Source: Candidatus Yanofskybacteria bacterium CG10_big_fil_rev_8_21_14_0_10_36_16 (GTDB lineage Bacteria; Patescibacteriota; Minisyncoccia; 2-02-FULL-40-12; IGHO2-01-FULL-4-A). Taken from it: 64,000 nucleotides of DNA. Within the stretch, counting starts at the first letter, position 1, and each line of letters begins with the position of its first letter. A program made the translations under genes and the position numbers. Positions 1-8,793 of this stretch are shown piece after piece. The notes below the pieces were generated by a model. That model was not told the origin of the DNA, ran no database searches, and was given only the letters and a program-made list of their open reading frames with translations. The stretch is from positions 16,909 through 80,908 of the forward strand of contig PCXQ01000005.1 of NCBI GenBank assembly GCA_002794035.1, written 5' to 3'.

Positions 1-639
1 TTCTCTGACCATGCCCTTAATACCATCTGAGGGTAAATCCAAAATAAACATCGCCATGGTTTTATTGCCGCCGCCTTTTTGAGTCTGAGCAATAATAACC
101 ATAACATCTGCAATTTCGGCGTTAGTTATAAACTGCTTATTCCCATTTACAACCCAGCCGCCATCAACTTTCTCTGCCATAGTAGACATACTTGCCACAT
201 CAGAACCCACACCTTGTTCAGTTGATGCCAAAGCACCAATTTTTTTTGCACTGACCAGATCGGACAAATAACGTTCCTTCTGCTCATCATTGCCAAAAAG
301 TGCAATAGCTTCTGAAGCCAAGCTCATATGAGCACCTACAGCCAAAGCAAACGCGGGGTCAACATAACCTAGCTCATCTGAAACAATACAGGCACCAATT
401 TTGCCCATTTCAAATCCGCCATATTGTTCAGGAAGGCTCACCCCAAAAACTCCCAACCCAGCTAATTTCTGCCATAATTCTTCGGGAGTTTCCTCATTTT
501 CATCCATCCACTGAACCAACGGTTTACCTTCTCTTTTAGCATTTAAAACTTCATCTCTACAAAAATCCTTTACAGACTTCCTTAACATCAAATAATCTTC
601 GGTTTCCCAAACTGGATTTAAGGCATTACTAGTCAACAT
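1..639 (-). CDS. Acyl-CoA dehydrogenase family protein (runs off the left window edge)
   Basis: Not in the ORF track; translated by hand from ATG 639: MLTSNALNPVW...LPEQYGG...IGALASTEQGVGSDVASM...WVVNGNKQFITNA. These are the ACAD TEPxxGSD and NGxKxFITN motifs. AAGAGG SD upstream. Confidence 0.9.
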   Translation of the reverse strand, partial: MLTSNALNPVWETEDYLMLRKSVKDFCRDEVLNAKREGKPLVQWMDENEETPEELWQKLAGLGVFGVSLPEQYGGFEMGKIGACIVSDELGYVDPAFALAVGAHMSLASEAIALFGNDEQKERYLSDLVSAKKIGALASTEQGVGSDVASMSTMAEKVDGGWVVNGNKQFITNAEIADVMVIIAQTQKGGGNKTMAMFILDLPSDGIKGMVRE

Positions 640-732
640 TTCTGCCTCTTATTTCCTTTTAAACAAACCGGCATAAAGATATCAAAAAGACTGTTTTTTG
701 ACAATATTATTCAAAAATACAAGGTACAAAAA

Positions 733-752
733 AGCCCCGCTAGGGCGAGGCT
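733..752. terminator. GC hairpin AGCCCCGC-TAGG-GCGAGGCT (member of a recurrent family)
   Basis: Directly downstream of the stop of the 754-1125 ORF, with a T-run on the minus strand; one stem mismatch. Confidence 0.7.
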
Positions 753-753
753 A

Positions 754-1125
754 TTATATTTTTTTTAATTCGGGAGCAAAATAACGTTCTTCACGCGTTC
801 TGTGACAATGAGGACATTCGAATCTCACCTGATACTGAAACACGTGCCCGTTCAATCTCTCAGGTGCCCCCTTAAGCCATTTAGCTTCATACTCGTAATC
901 AGAAGCCACAGGACCAATAACTTTTACTACTTTTCCCTTAAATCTGTAGGTTATATCACATGCAGCACAAAAACGAAGTTCAATATTTTCTACTTTGTCA
1001 CCCACCTTAAAAACTTTTTCTTCGAGAATCCTGCTTTCGCATTTTTCAGCTTCACTAGCCTTTTGATATTCAGCCTCGCAAAGAGAACATTTATAAGTTA
1101 CGACCGTTTTGGTAATTTTTTTCAT
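754..1125 (-). CDS. Hypothetical protein with three CxxC pairs (possible Zn-binding)
   Basis: 123 aa with CSLC, CAAC and CPHC; AGGGG SD-like site; own terminator. Confidence 0.7.
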   Translation of the reverse strand: MKKITKTVVTYKCSLCEAEYQKASEAEKCESRILEEKVFKVGDKVENIELRFCAACDITYRFKGKVVKVIGPVASDYEYEAKWLKGAPERLNGHVFQYQVRFECPHCHRTREERYFAPELKKI

Positions 1126-1227
1126 AATAATCCCCTGTTTTGATTTTTAAATAACCTAATGATTTTATAACAAAAAATTACACCTTGTTCAATTAATAAA
1201 TGTAGTTTTAAATAAACAAGATTAAAC

Positions 1228-1236
1228 TTATCCACA
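1228..1236 (+). promoter_or_regulatory. Perfect DnaA box TTATCCACA
   Basis: Exact consensus in the divergent intergenic region upstream of lexA. Confidence 0.5.
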
Positions 1237-1247
1237 ATTAAGCACTT

Positions 1248-1277
1248 TTGCATTTTCGGTTTACTTTCGGTTATAAT
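1248..1277 (+). promoter_or_regulatory. lexA promoter (TTGCAT-18-TATAAT) with a TTCGG-N6-TTCGG direct repeat in the spacer; candidate LexA operator
   Basis: TTCGG at 1255-1259 and 1266-1270 lie between the -35 and -10 hexamers, the expected position for autorepression. Confidence 0.6.
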
Positions 1278-1468
1278 TATTTTAATAACAGTATCCCTTA
1301 ATAAAAACTTGTGTGTTTGTCCAAGTTCAAGTTCAAATCAGTTTATGAATGAAGAGGCGTACTTAAGCTACGTTAAGTTATTCATAAACAATTGACTAAA
1401 CCCACAGGGCGAAAAACATGTTAAACTCACATCACTAAGGCTTCATGTTTTTCGCAAATAAGTTTTTA

Positions 1469-2311
1469 ATGCTTACCAAAAAACAAAAACAAGTATTGGA
1501 TTACGTAACCAAATACATCTCAAAACGAGATTACGCTCCCACGCTTGAGGAAATAGCGGACCACCTTGGGGTTTCTGCTATATCTACTGTTCATGGCCAC
1601 CTTTCAAAACTCAAGGAGCTCGGCTATCTTGACCGTCCTGAAAACCAGCCCCGCTCAATCAATGTCATTGGTCATGAAACTATGATAAAAATACCTCTAG
1701 CTGGAGTAATATCTGCCGGCGCTGGTATTGAAGCCCTTGAAATGCCCGAATCAATCGCAATCCCCAAAAGCAAATTCCCCTCTTTAAGCGACATTTTCGC
1801 TTTGAAAGTTTCTGGAGACAGCATGAAAGATGAAAACATTAATGACGGCGATGTTGTAATACTAAAAAAACAAAAAATAGCCGAAAACGGCCAAAAAGTT
1901 GTAGCACTACTAAATGACGGAGTTGCCACATTAAAAAAATTCTACCGAGAGCGAGGCTATATCCGTCTCCAACCTGCAAACAAAGATATGGATCCGATAA
2001 TAGTAAAAAGCGGATGGGAAGTTGCAATTCAAGGCGTAGTAATGGATGTCATTCATTCTGAAATGAAAAAAACTGCCACATTTGAACCCATCCCGCTAAA
2101 ATCAGTTAAAGCTTCACAATCCCCCACCAAAGCCAATCAAAAAAATTCTTATTACACACCCCAAGAACTCGCTGCCACTTTACGCATAAAACCCCCTACC
2201 ATATATAGATACATCAAAACAGGAAAAATAAAAGCCTACAAAATCGGAAAAGAATTCCGCATAGATAATAAAGAATTTCACAGCTTCCTCAAAAAAGTTA
2301 AAACAATATAA
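1469..2311 (+). CDS. lexA: LexA repressor with a C-terminal excisionase-like (HTH_17) domain
   Basis: N-terminal wHTH LTKKQKQVLDY...PTLEEIA; Ala-Gly cleavage site ISAG; catalytic Ser (VSGDSM) and Lys (TLKKF); tail YYTPQELAATLRIKPPTIYRYIKTGKIKAYKIGKEFRI. Confidence 0.9.
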   Translation: MLTKKQKQVLDYVTKYISKRDYAPTLEEIADHLGVSAISTVHGHLSKLKELGYLDRPENQPRSINVIGHETMIKIPLAGVISAGAGIEALEMPESIAIPKSKFPSLSDIFALKVSGDSMKDENINDGDVVILKKQKIAENGQKVVALLNDGVATLKKFYRERGYIRLQPANKDMDPIIVKSGWEVAIQGVVMDVIHSEMKKTATFEPIPLKSVKASQSPTKANQKNSYYTPQELAATLRIKPPTIYRYIKTGKIKAYKIGKEFRIDNKEFHSFLKKVKTI

Positions 2312-2335
2312 AAAACCCACCAAGGTGGGTTTTTT
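2310..2335. terminator. Bidirectional intrinsic terminator between lexA and tRNA-Ala
   Basis: AAAAAACCCACC-AA-GGTGGGTTTTTT. Confidence 0.8.
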
Positions 2336-2347
2336 AATTTAATCGGG

Positions 2348-2420
2348 TGGACCCAGCCGGGCTCGAACCGGCCACCTCCACATTGCAAATGTGGCGCTCT
2401 ACCGAATGAGCTATGGGCCC
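2348..2420 (-). tRNA. tRNA-Ala(TGC)
   Basis: Reverse complement GGGCCCATAGCTCATTCGGTAGAGCGCCACATTTGCAATGTGGAGGTGGCCGGTTCGAGCCCGGCTGGGTCCA folds as a cloverleaf with anticodon TGC and a G3:U70 pair; CCA not encoded. Confidence 0.95.
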
Positions 2421-2645
2421 ATACAAATGAATAATACAACAACAAAAGCGGTTTCGCAACAGAAACCGCTTTTTTAAGAACTTTAATGAAATAATCCTCT
2501 TTCGTTACAAAATTTTTAAATTTTGAGATAAAACGTAATTAAAATTTCGATGAATAGCTCATTCTATTTTGAAAAATTTTTGTATAGTTTTAGCCAAAAC
2601 TTAAAAATTGCAGTAGGATACGGGATTATTTGATAGGTTCTAGTT

Positions 2646-3617
2646 CTAATCAAATAAGGCAGCACTTAAAGATTGATTATTGGAAATTCTTACAATTGCT
2701 CTAGCAAAATGTTCAGAAACTGAAACCACTTCTATTTTATCAGCGCTCTCAATTTTTTGACTTGTAGTTGGATTATAAACCGTGTCAGTAACAAAAATCC
2801 TATCTATAAGAGAATTGTTAATCTTTTCAAAAGCGTCATCAGAAAACAACCCATGAGTAGCAACCGCAAGAACCCTTTTAGCACCCTTATTTATCAATGC
2901 CTCGGCACCAGCCACTACCGTACCACAAGTATCAAACATATCATCAACAACAAGAGCTATCTTCCCCTCAACTTCCCCAACAACATTATAGGCCCTTGTC
3001 CTATTTGGACCTTCACGTCTTTTATCAATTATGGCCAAATCAGAACCGTTTAATCTTTGGGCCCATGCTCTAGCCCTATTTACCCCGCCTGCATCTGGAG
3101 AAACAACAACAATCTCATTGTTGTTTATCTCATTTTCAAACAATCCTTTAATAACCTTAATCAAAACAGGCCTAGCATAAAGGTGATCAACTTTTGTGTT
3201 TCTAAAAAAACCCTCGATAGCATTTGCATGTAAATCCATAAAAACAACCCTTTCTATCCCAAGCTCATCTATAAATTGCGCCCACAAACTGGCTGAGATC
3301 GCTTCACGTCCTGCACTTTTTCTTTCTTGTCTGGCATATCCGTAATAAGGCACAACAGCGATTACCCTCAGGGCTGATGCACCAAGAGCAGCTTTAAGCA
3401 TAAGGAATAACTGAATTAGATTACTATCAGGCTGATTGGTTGATTGAATAACAAAAACTGTCTGGTTCCTCAAATTTTCTTCAAAACGAACATATTGTTC
3501 CCCATCTGCGAAATTAGTTAGTTTTATATGCCCAAGATCTTCTTCTATGTCACTGACCTGCACAATTTTTTCTGCCAAAGGATGATTGGCTCCTCCGCTA
3601 AAAATCTTAAAATCCAT
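2646..3617 (-). CDS. prs: Ribose-phosphate pyrophosphokinase
   Basis: FADGE, PYYGYARQERK, DLHA, SPDAGG and VDDMFDTCGT motifs; start taken at ATG 3617 behind GGAGG (the track starts at 3629). Confidence 0.95.
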   Translation of the reverse strand: MDFKIFSGGANHPLAEKIVQVSDIEEDLGHIKLTNFADGEQYVRFEENLRNQTVFVIQSTNQPDSNLIQLFLMLKAALGASALRVIAVVPYYGYARQERKSAGREAISASLWAQFIDELGIERVVFMDLHANAIEGFFRNTKVDHLYARPVLIKVIKGLFENEINNNEIVVVSPDAGGVNRARAWAQRLNGSDLAIIDKRREGPNRTRAYNVVGEVEGKIALVVDDMFDTCGTVVAGAEALINKGAKRVLAVATHGLFSDDAFEKINNSLIDRIFVTDTVYNPTTSQKIESADKIEVVSVSEHFARAIVRISNNQSLSAALFD

Positions 3618-3743
3618 GTCTGCCTCCATATTTAAATATTAAAGATTCCGGATTTAGTGTAATAAAAATCACCCCTAAGGGCAAATATTAAACTGGTTTT
3701 CCCCATATAGTTTCCCGCACAGAAAAAAACATGGAAAAAAATG

Positions 3744-3816
3744 TGGGTGTGGAAGGAATCGAACCTTCGACCTCTGTCTTATCAGGACAGCGTTCTAACC
3801 ACTGAACTACACACCC
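3744..3816 (-). tRNA. tRNA-Ile(GAT)
   Basis: Reverse complement GGGTGTGTAGTTCAGTGGTTAGAACGCTGTCCTGATAAGACAGAGGTCGAAGGTTCGATTCCTTCCACACCCA folds as a cloverleaf with anticodon GAT. Confidence 0.95.
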
Positions 3817-3897
3817 AAATATCAAAGCCGGGGTAGGAGGGCAAGTAAATATTACAATAAAAAAAGGGGTTTTTCAACCTCTTTGTTTTAACTTTCT

Positions 3898-4578
3898 TTA
3901 AATATTAATGCCTCTTCCTGACAATTTTCTTCTTAGACCGTCAACGTTAACTTCTATAGGATTGGTGTGGACAAAATGAAAATAATCGCCCATACCCACA
4001 TCTTCAGCCGCTTTACAATTTTCGAATAAATCATCCACAAATATTGCATTGCTTGGATCAACACCGTTGCGCTTTAAATAACACAGGGCATGATCATAAA
4101 TGCATCTAGCTGGTTTTAGGCAGTTTATGGGATACTCATGAGATGCGAAAATTTCATCAAAAGGTTCAAGAATTTGAGGCATCTCTGAGCACAAATGATC
4201 ATAGTGAAGTTCATTGGTATTTGTTATTATTGCCATGAAATCAAAATGAGGTTTCGCTGCTTGAATCAAAGATGTCATTTCCTCAATTTCGCTGAAAACG
4301 TTATTAAAGCTTTCAACAAATAATTTGAATGTAAATTTTTCAAAATCTATACTTAAAACATCAAAAACTTGTTCGTAATAATCACGTGCGCCAATACGCC
4401 CAGTGCCAAAATCCCTGTTAACGTTGCCTAAAAAATGTTTATCATTTAAGGTAAGACGCTCGCGTAATTCTGTTTCTTTTTTACCAGTAATATTTGATAC
4501 GGATTTAAAAAATGAATCAAAAGAAACATTTACAAGTACACCACCTAAATCTGTTATGAAAGCTCTTGGTCGTTTCAC
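3898..4578 (-). CDS. HAD-superfamily hydrolase (YihX-like phosphatase)
   Basis: DLGGVL motif I, ITNT motif II, KP motif III, FVDD motif IV; GAGGAGG SD before GTG. Confidence 0.85.
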   Translation of the reverse strand: MKRPRAFITDLGGVLVNVSFDSFFKSVSNITGKKETELRERLTLNDKHFLGNVNRDFGTGRIGARDYYEQVFDVLSIDFEKFTFKLFVESFNNVFSEIEEMTSLIQAAKPHFDFMAIITNTNELHYDHLCSEMPQILEPFDEIFASHEYPINCLKPARCIYDHALCYLKRNGVDPSNAIFVDDLFENCKAAEDVGMGDYFHFVHTNPIEVNVDGLRRKLSGRGINI

Positions 4579-4669
4579 TTTTGCATCCTCCTCTTTATTT
4601 AAAAGAACATCCTTGTTAATCTAACAAATAAATAACAATAAAACAAGTAAAAAAGCAAATAATAACACC

Positions 4670-5218
4670 TTGAATAAAAAACAAAAACTTGAATATATCT
4701 GGAAAGCAATTCGCAAGGCGCATCCTAAAAAAACGCTTGTTTTTAGTGATGGTTCACCAAACAATAAGATAATGATAATAGGCGAAGCACCCGGAATAGA
4801 TGAAGAAAACCAAGGCCTGCCTTTTGTTGGCAGGGCAGGAAAACTGCTTATTGCCACGCTTGAAAAACTTAGCTGTCCAAGAAGCGAATTTTATATTTCA
4901 AACGTAGTTAAGTATAGACCACAAAACGAGTTCGGAAAAACACTAACACCCACCCTGAAAGAAATAGCAATATTCCGAACATCTATAGAAAAAGAAATTG
5001 AAATCATAAATCCAAAAATTATTGTTTTACTAGGACGCATAGCAATGGTCGGCATGGGAATTAAAGGCACTATGGGCGCAAACCATGGTAAAATAATAAC
5101 TCGCGATAACAAAAAAATACTTATTGTTTATCACCCCGCTGCTATACTCCGCAACCCAAACCTAAAACCCATCTTTCGCAAAGACCTTTCAAAAATAAAA
5201 AAAATGTCACAATCTTAA
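4670..5218 (+). CDS. udg: Uracil-DNA glycosylase, family 4
   Basis: IGEAPG, PFVGRAG, SNVVKYRP and YHPAA motifs. Confidence 0.9.
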   Translation: MNKKQKLEYIWKAIRKAHPKKTLVFSDGSPNNKIMIIGEAPGIDEENQGLPFVGRAGKLLIATLEKLSCPRSEFYISNVVKYRPQNEFGKTLTPTLKEIAIFRTSIEKEIEIINPKIIVLLGRIAMVGMGIKGTMGANHGKIITRDNKKILIVYHPAAILRNPNLKPIFRKDLSKIKKMSQS

Positions 5219-5277
5219 TGCCCACAACAAAACACCGATACCTTCGGTGTTTTTTAATACTAAGTCCGTATTGTTGT

Positions 5278-5757
5278 TTAAACCCCTGCAGCGGGAAAGC
5301 CTATAATAATATTTATATTTTTACACTCGCTTGAATCAACTATTATATTTTTTGAATAATCATATTTGTCCACAGAAACAACATATTCTCCAAATGGTGC
5401 AGTCATCTCAAATTCGCCCACTGAATCAGAAATTGTTTTTGAAACTAAATTTCCAGAAATATCATAAAGAGTAACTGATTCTAAACTTGCAGGAGTGCTC
5501 CCATTACTACCGTCATTTTCTAACATTCCAGCATTAAGTGTTATTTTACCACATATAGAACCTATATCGGTTTTGTCGGTCTCATCATCAAAATTATTAT
5601 TTTCTTCTAACTCCTTTTCTTCTAAATTGGCCGAATCATTAACTTGCTCTTCATCTAAATCAAAGCCGTTATCTTGAGTAACGGAAAAATATATACCACC
5701 TCCAATAACCGCCAAAACGATTATAAATATTAATGATGTTTTATAATTAGCAATCAT
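5278..5757 (-). CDS. Membrane-anchored exported protein with a small beta-sandwich (carboxypeptidase-regulatory-like) domain
   Basis: N-terminal TM, acidic linker, TISDSVGEFEM..PFGEYVV pattern. Confidence 0.6.
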   Translation of the reverse strand: MIANYKTSLIFIIVLAVIGGGIYFSVTQDNGFDLDEEQVNDSANLEEKELEENNNFDDETDKTDIGSICGKITLNAGMLENDGSNGSTPASLESVTLYDISGNLVSKTISDSVGEFEMTAPFGEYVVSVDKYDYSKNIIVDSSECKNINIIIGFPAAGV

Positions 5758-5794
5758 TTTTTAAAAAATATTTAAGATGCAACTAAATTTTTCA

Positions 5795-6427
5795 TTAATT
5801 ATTTAGATGAACATCTAGTCCAATTTTATCTACTAATTTTTCATGCGGACCCTCCAATAACACTCGTATAAATCTGTCGAACATTCCCAATCTGTACAAA
5901 AACTCTTCTTTATCCATTACGGCATATTTTATTTCCTTTCCCGCTTCAGCTTCTAGCCATTTCAAAAAAATACGTAATTTTCTACGATCAAGATCGTCAA
6001 CAACCAAAAAGAGATCCAAACTGGGAGAATCTGGCACCTGCTTTTCAATAAATATGCCTGAAATTATAGACAAGCGCATTAGGCCAAGATTGTTCATCTT
6101 TGTTATCATTTTGCTTTTTTCAGCGGGAGATGATTTAAGCACCAAATCTCTGAGTTCATTAAACAAATCAAAATCAACATTTAAAACATATCTTATCCCG
6201 TTCTTTTTTGAACCTGAAGATTTTGACGCTATTGTTACCCGCCTAACCTTAACAATGCCAGCCTCTTTAAAACTGCTTATTTCTTTTCTTACCTCGGCCT
6301 GTTTTGCTTGGACCAATTTAGAAAACCCAACCACGCTAAAACCAGTGTCCGGGTTCCTAAAAAGCCACCTGAGCATTTTAGCTCTTGTCTTGGATCCCAA
6401 CAATAATTCTAGACTTTTATTGGACAT
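5795..6427 (-). CDS. wHTH plus nucleotidyltransferase-like protein (family common in CPR)
   Basis: LLGSKTRAKMLRWLF HTH start; LSIISGIF...LDLFLVVD NTase-like motif; EAEAGKEIKYAVM. Confidence 0.65.
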   Translation of the reverse strand: MSNKSLELLLGSKTRAKMLRWLFRNPDTGFSVVGFSKLVQAKQAEVRKEISSFKEAGIVKVRRVTIASKSSGSKKNGIRYVLNVDFDLFNELRDLVLKSSPAEKSKMITKMNNLGLMRLSIISGIFIEKQVPDSPSLDLFLVVDDLDRRKLRIFLKWLEAEAGKEIKYAVMDKEEFLYRLGMFDRFIRVLLEGPHEKLVDKIGLDVHLNN

Positions 6428-6623
6428 GCTAGTAGAATATAAAATTTACAACAAGGTTGAATAATTATCAACTGGATTGATATTAAATAAAAAGTTATTA
6501 TATATATTAGACTTATTAGGAAATAACCATTCTACTGCAATACTGAGGTTTTTGTCAAAATTATGAAATTTCTTAACGTAGATTATTCAGCAATAAGTCT
6601 AAGCAATTAAAAGTCAAAATACT

Positions 6624-8726
6624 ATGGAAAAAATTTCATTAAAACCAACAACAAACGAGCTAGTGTTCAACAAAAAAGAAAGCGACGGATCATTCTTTGA
6701 TGCAATAAGCTATAAAGAGCCGGGACTTAAAGGAGAGCGATTGGGCTCTTTGTTTGTTATAGGTAACATAAAAAATAGTTCAGATGCTGACCTCTCTTAC
6801 GTAATAAATCTAGCCTCATCTATAGCAAAAAGAGAATACTACAGTGACTCATCCCTAAAAGAAGATCCCAAAAAAGCATTTGAAAAATCTCTACAAAAAA
6901 CAAACGAGGTTTTAAAAGATTTCTTAAACGACAAAAACTTAAAGATAGATCTGGCTCTTTCTGCTATTTCTGGAAGCAACATTTATATATCACGCATAGG
7001 AAAATTTAAAATTTTCCTAGCCAGAAATAATGACACCATAGATATCTTAAACAATATAGAATTATTTAATAAAGATTCGGATTACGCCCAAAAAGAATTT
7101 TCAAATATTATTTCCGGACGACTATATCCCGGAGACAAGATATTTGCATATCTGCCTTCACGCACCTTATCTGTGCGAGAAAAAACAATCAAAAAATCAT
7201 TACTTGAGGAATCAGATTTAGGATTCAAAAAAATGCTATCAGATTTATATGAAAGCAACCCGAAGTTTTATTGTTGCGGTGTTCATGTGGTTATGGACGA
7301 AGTAAAAGAAATACCAATAGACGCATCGAATACTATCAATTTGCCTAATCAACGGCACTCCAGCGAAAGTATTCTAAAAGAAGAAACAATAAAAGAACCT
7401 CGTGATACAAAAGAAGAAACAATCACACCAGAAAAAGGACCATTGGATTCAAAAACCGTTAAACCAAACAATGACGCTGAATCCGTAGCCAAAGAAGAAA
7501 AGGCGGATTATTCAAACAAAAAAAACGAATACGACAAAAAAGAAGAGCCGGTAAAATCAATACCTGTCAGTGACGAAGTTGATACTCCTCGTCTAATATC
7601 ATCGGAGGTATCCTTAGCTAAAAAACACAATGCAATAAGCAATACTGCCAGCTTGGTAGCAAAATTCAGAGGATTCAACAGATATAATCGCAAAACAAAA
7701 GCATCGTTGTTTGTCATAATTGCCGGTTTAGTAGTTACGGGTATTTTCTCGTTTATATTTTTTGGCTTAAACGACTCGCCATTCAACGAAAACACACAGA
7801 TAATCAAAAAAACTCAAGAAAATCTAAAACTTGCCCAAGCCCATGTTACTCAAAATAATCTAAAGGCAGCTAGAGACCTCGTCGCCACAATCTTGGTTGA
7901 TATAGAAAACATAAATGATAAAAATGGTGATGCCCTAAAGGCGCAGCTAGTAGAATTTGTTAACGGAATAAACAAGGTTAGCCAACAAAAACCAGTTCAA
8001 GTAGCTGACTTATCTGAACTTTGGATTGAAGGAGAAACAGCTTCAAAAATAACTGCCATGAATGACGGCAGTATAGTAGCAGTTTCAAACAACGGCAGAG
8101 TGATTATTACCAACAGTGGTTCAATAGAAGAAATAGGATCAAGCAAATCTACCCCAAAAACAATATTCCGCACTGAAGATGGCTTTGCCCTGTTTGATGG
8201 TACCTCAAATATTGAAGTTTACAAAAATTCGGATGATGAATTAAAATTAAATGATCTAGGCAATAGTGTAATGTTTAAAGATTACACCCTGTATGCTGAT
8301 AATCTTTATGCGATAAAAGGAAATAAAATAGTAAAATATACTGATGTAATTGCAGGAGGAGACAACGAAACCACATGGGCTGAAATTGAAGAAGATTTAG
8401 TATCTATAGCGATTGATGGAAATATTTACGGTCTTGATTCAAACGGAAAGCTAATAACATACTTTAAGGGAGAAAAAGAAAACGAAGCAGTTCTATCATT
8501 GTCTCCAAACAACAATTCACACATTTGGACTGAAGGCGATTTTCCTTTTATATATCTAACAAACACGCAAACTGGAGAAGTAATGGCATTTGATAAAGAA
8601 ACATTTGAACTTAAAATAACCTATTCTCTTAATAACGGCAGTCCCGTTAAAGATATCTTCATTAGTGAAGGAGGAATTATTTGGTCACTGGATAACAACA
8701 ATGCTGTGTGGAAACTGGAGCCATAG
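6624..8726 (+). CDS. Bitopic membrane protein: PP2C-like N-terminal fold, charged linker, TM, extracellular beta-propeller
   Basis: SGRLYPGDKIF PP2C-like segment; TM near aa 360-380; repeated SIAIDGNIYGL-type blades. Confidence 0.6.
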   Translation: MEKISLKPTTNELVFNKKESDGSFFDAISYKEPGLKGERLGSLFVIGNIKNSSDADLSYVINLASSIAKREYYSDSSLKEDPKKAFEKSLQKTNEVLKDFLNDKNLKIDLALSAISGSNIYISRIGKFKIFLARNNDTIDILNNIELFNKDSDYAQKEFSNIISGRLYPGDKIFAYLPSRTLSVREKTIKKSLLEESDLGFKKMLSDLYESNPKFYCCGVHVVMDEVKEIPIDASNTINLPNQRHSSESILKEETIKEPRDTKEETITPEKGPLDSKTVKPNNDAESVAKEEKADYSNKKNEYDKKEEPVKSIPVSDEVDTPRLISSEVSLAKKHNAISNTASLVAKFRGFNRYNRKTKASLFVIIAGLVVTGIFSFIFFGLNDSPFNENTQIIKKTQENLKLAQAHVTQNNLKAARDLVATILVDIENINDKNGDALKAQLVEFVNGINKVSQQKPVQVADLSELWIEGETASKITAMNDGSIVAVSNNGRVIITNSGSIEEIGSSKSTPKTIFRTEDGFALFDGTSNIEVYKNSDDELKLNDLGNSVMFKDYTLYADNLYAIKGNKIVKYTDVIAGGDNETTWAEIEEDLVSIAIDGNIYGLDSNGKLITYFKGEKENEAVLSLSPNNNSHIWTEGDFPFIYLTNTQTGEVMAFDKETFELKITYSLNNGSPVKDIFISEGGIIWSLDNNNAVWKLEP

Positions 8727-8793
8727 AACCAAGCCTCGAATTTTAGTTTTGTGCAAATTTTAAATATTAAAAAACCCGCTGTGGCAGGGTTTT

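Noticed and set aside
1469-2420. Prophage or integrative element at tRNA-Ala
   Set aside because: No integrase, phage genes or duplicated tRNA 3' end visible in the window; it cannot be excluded beyond the left edge
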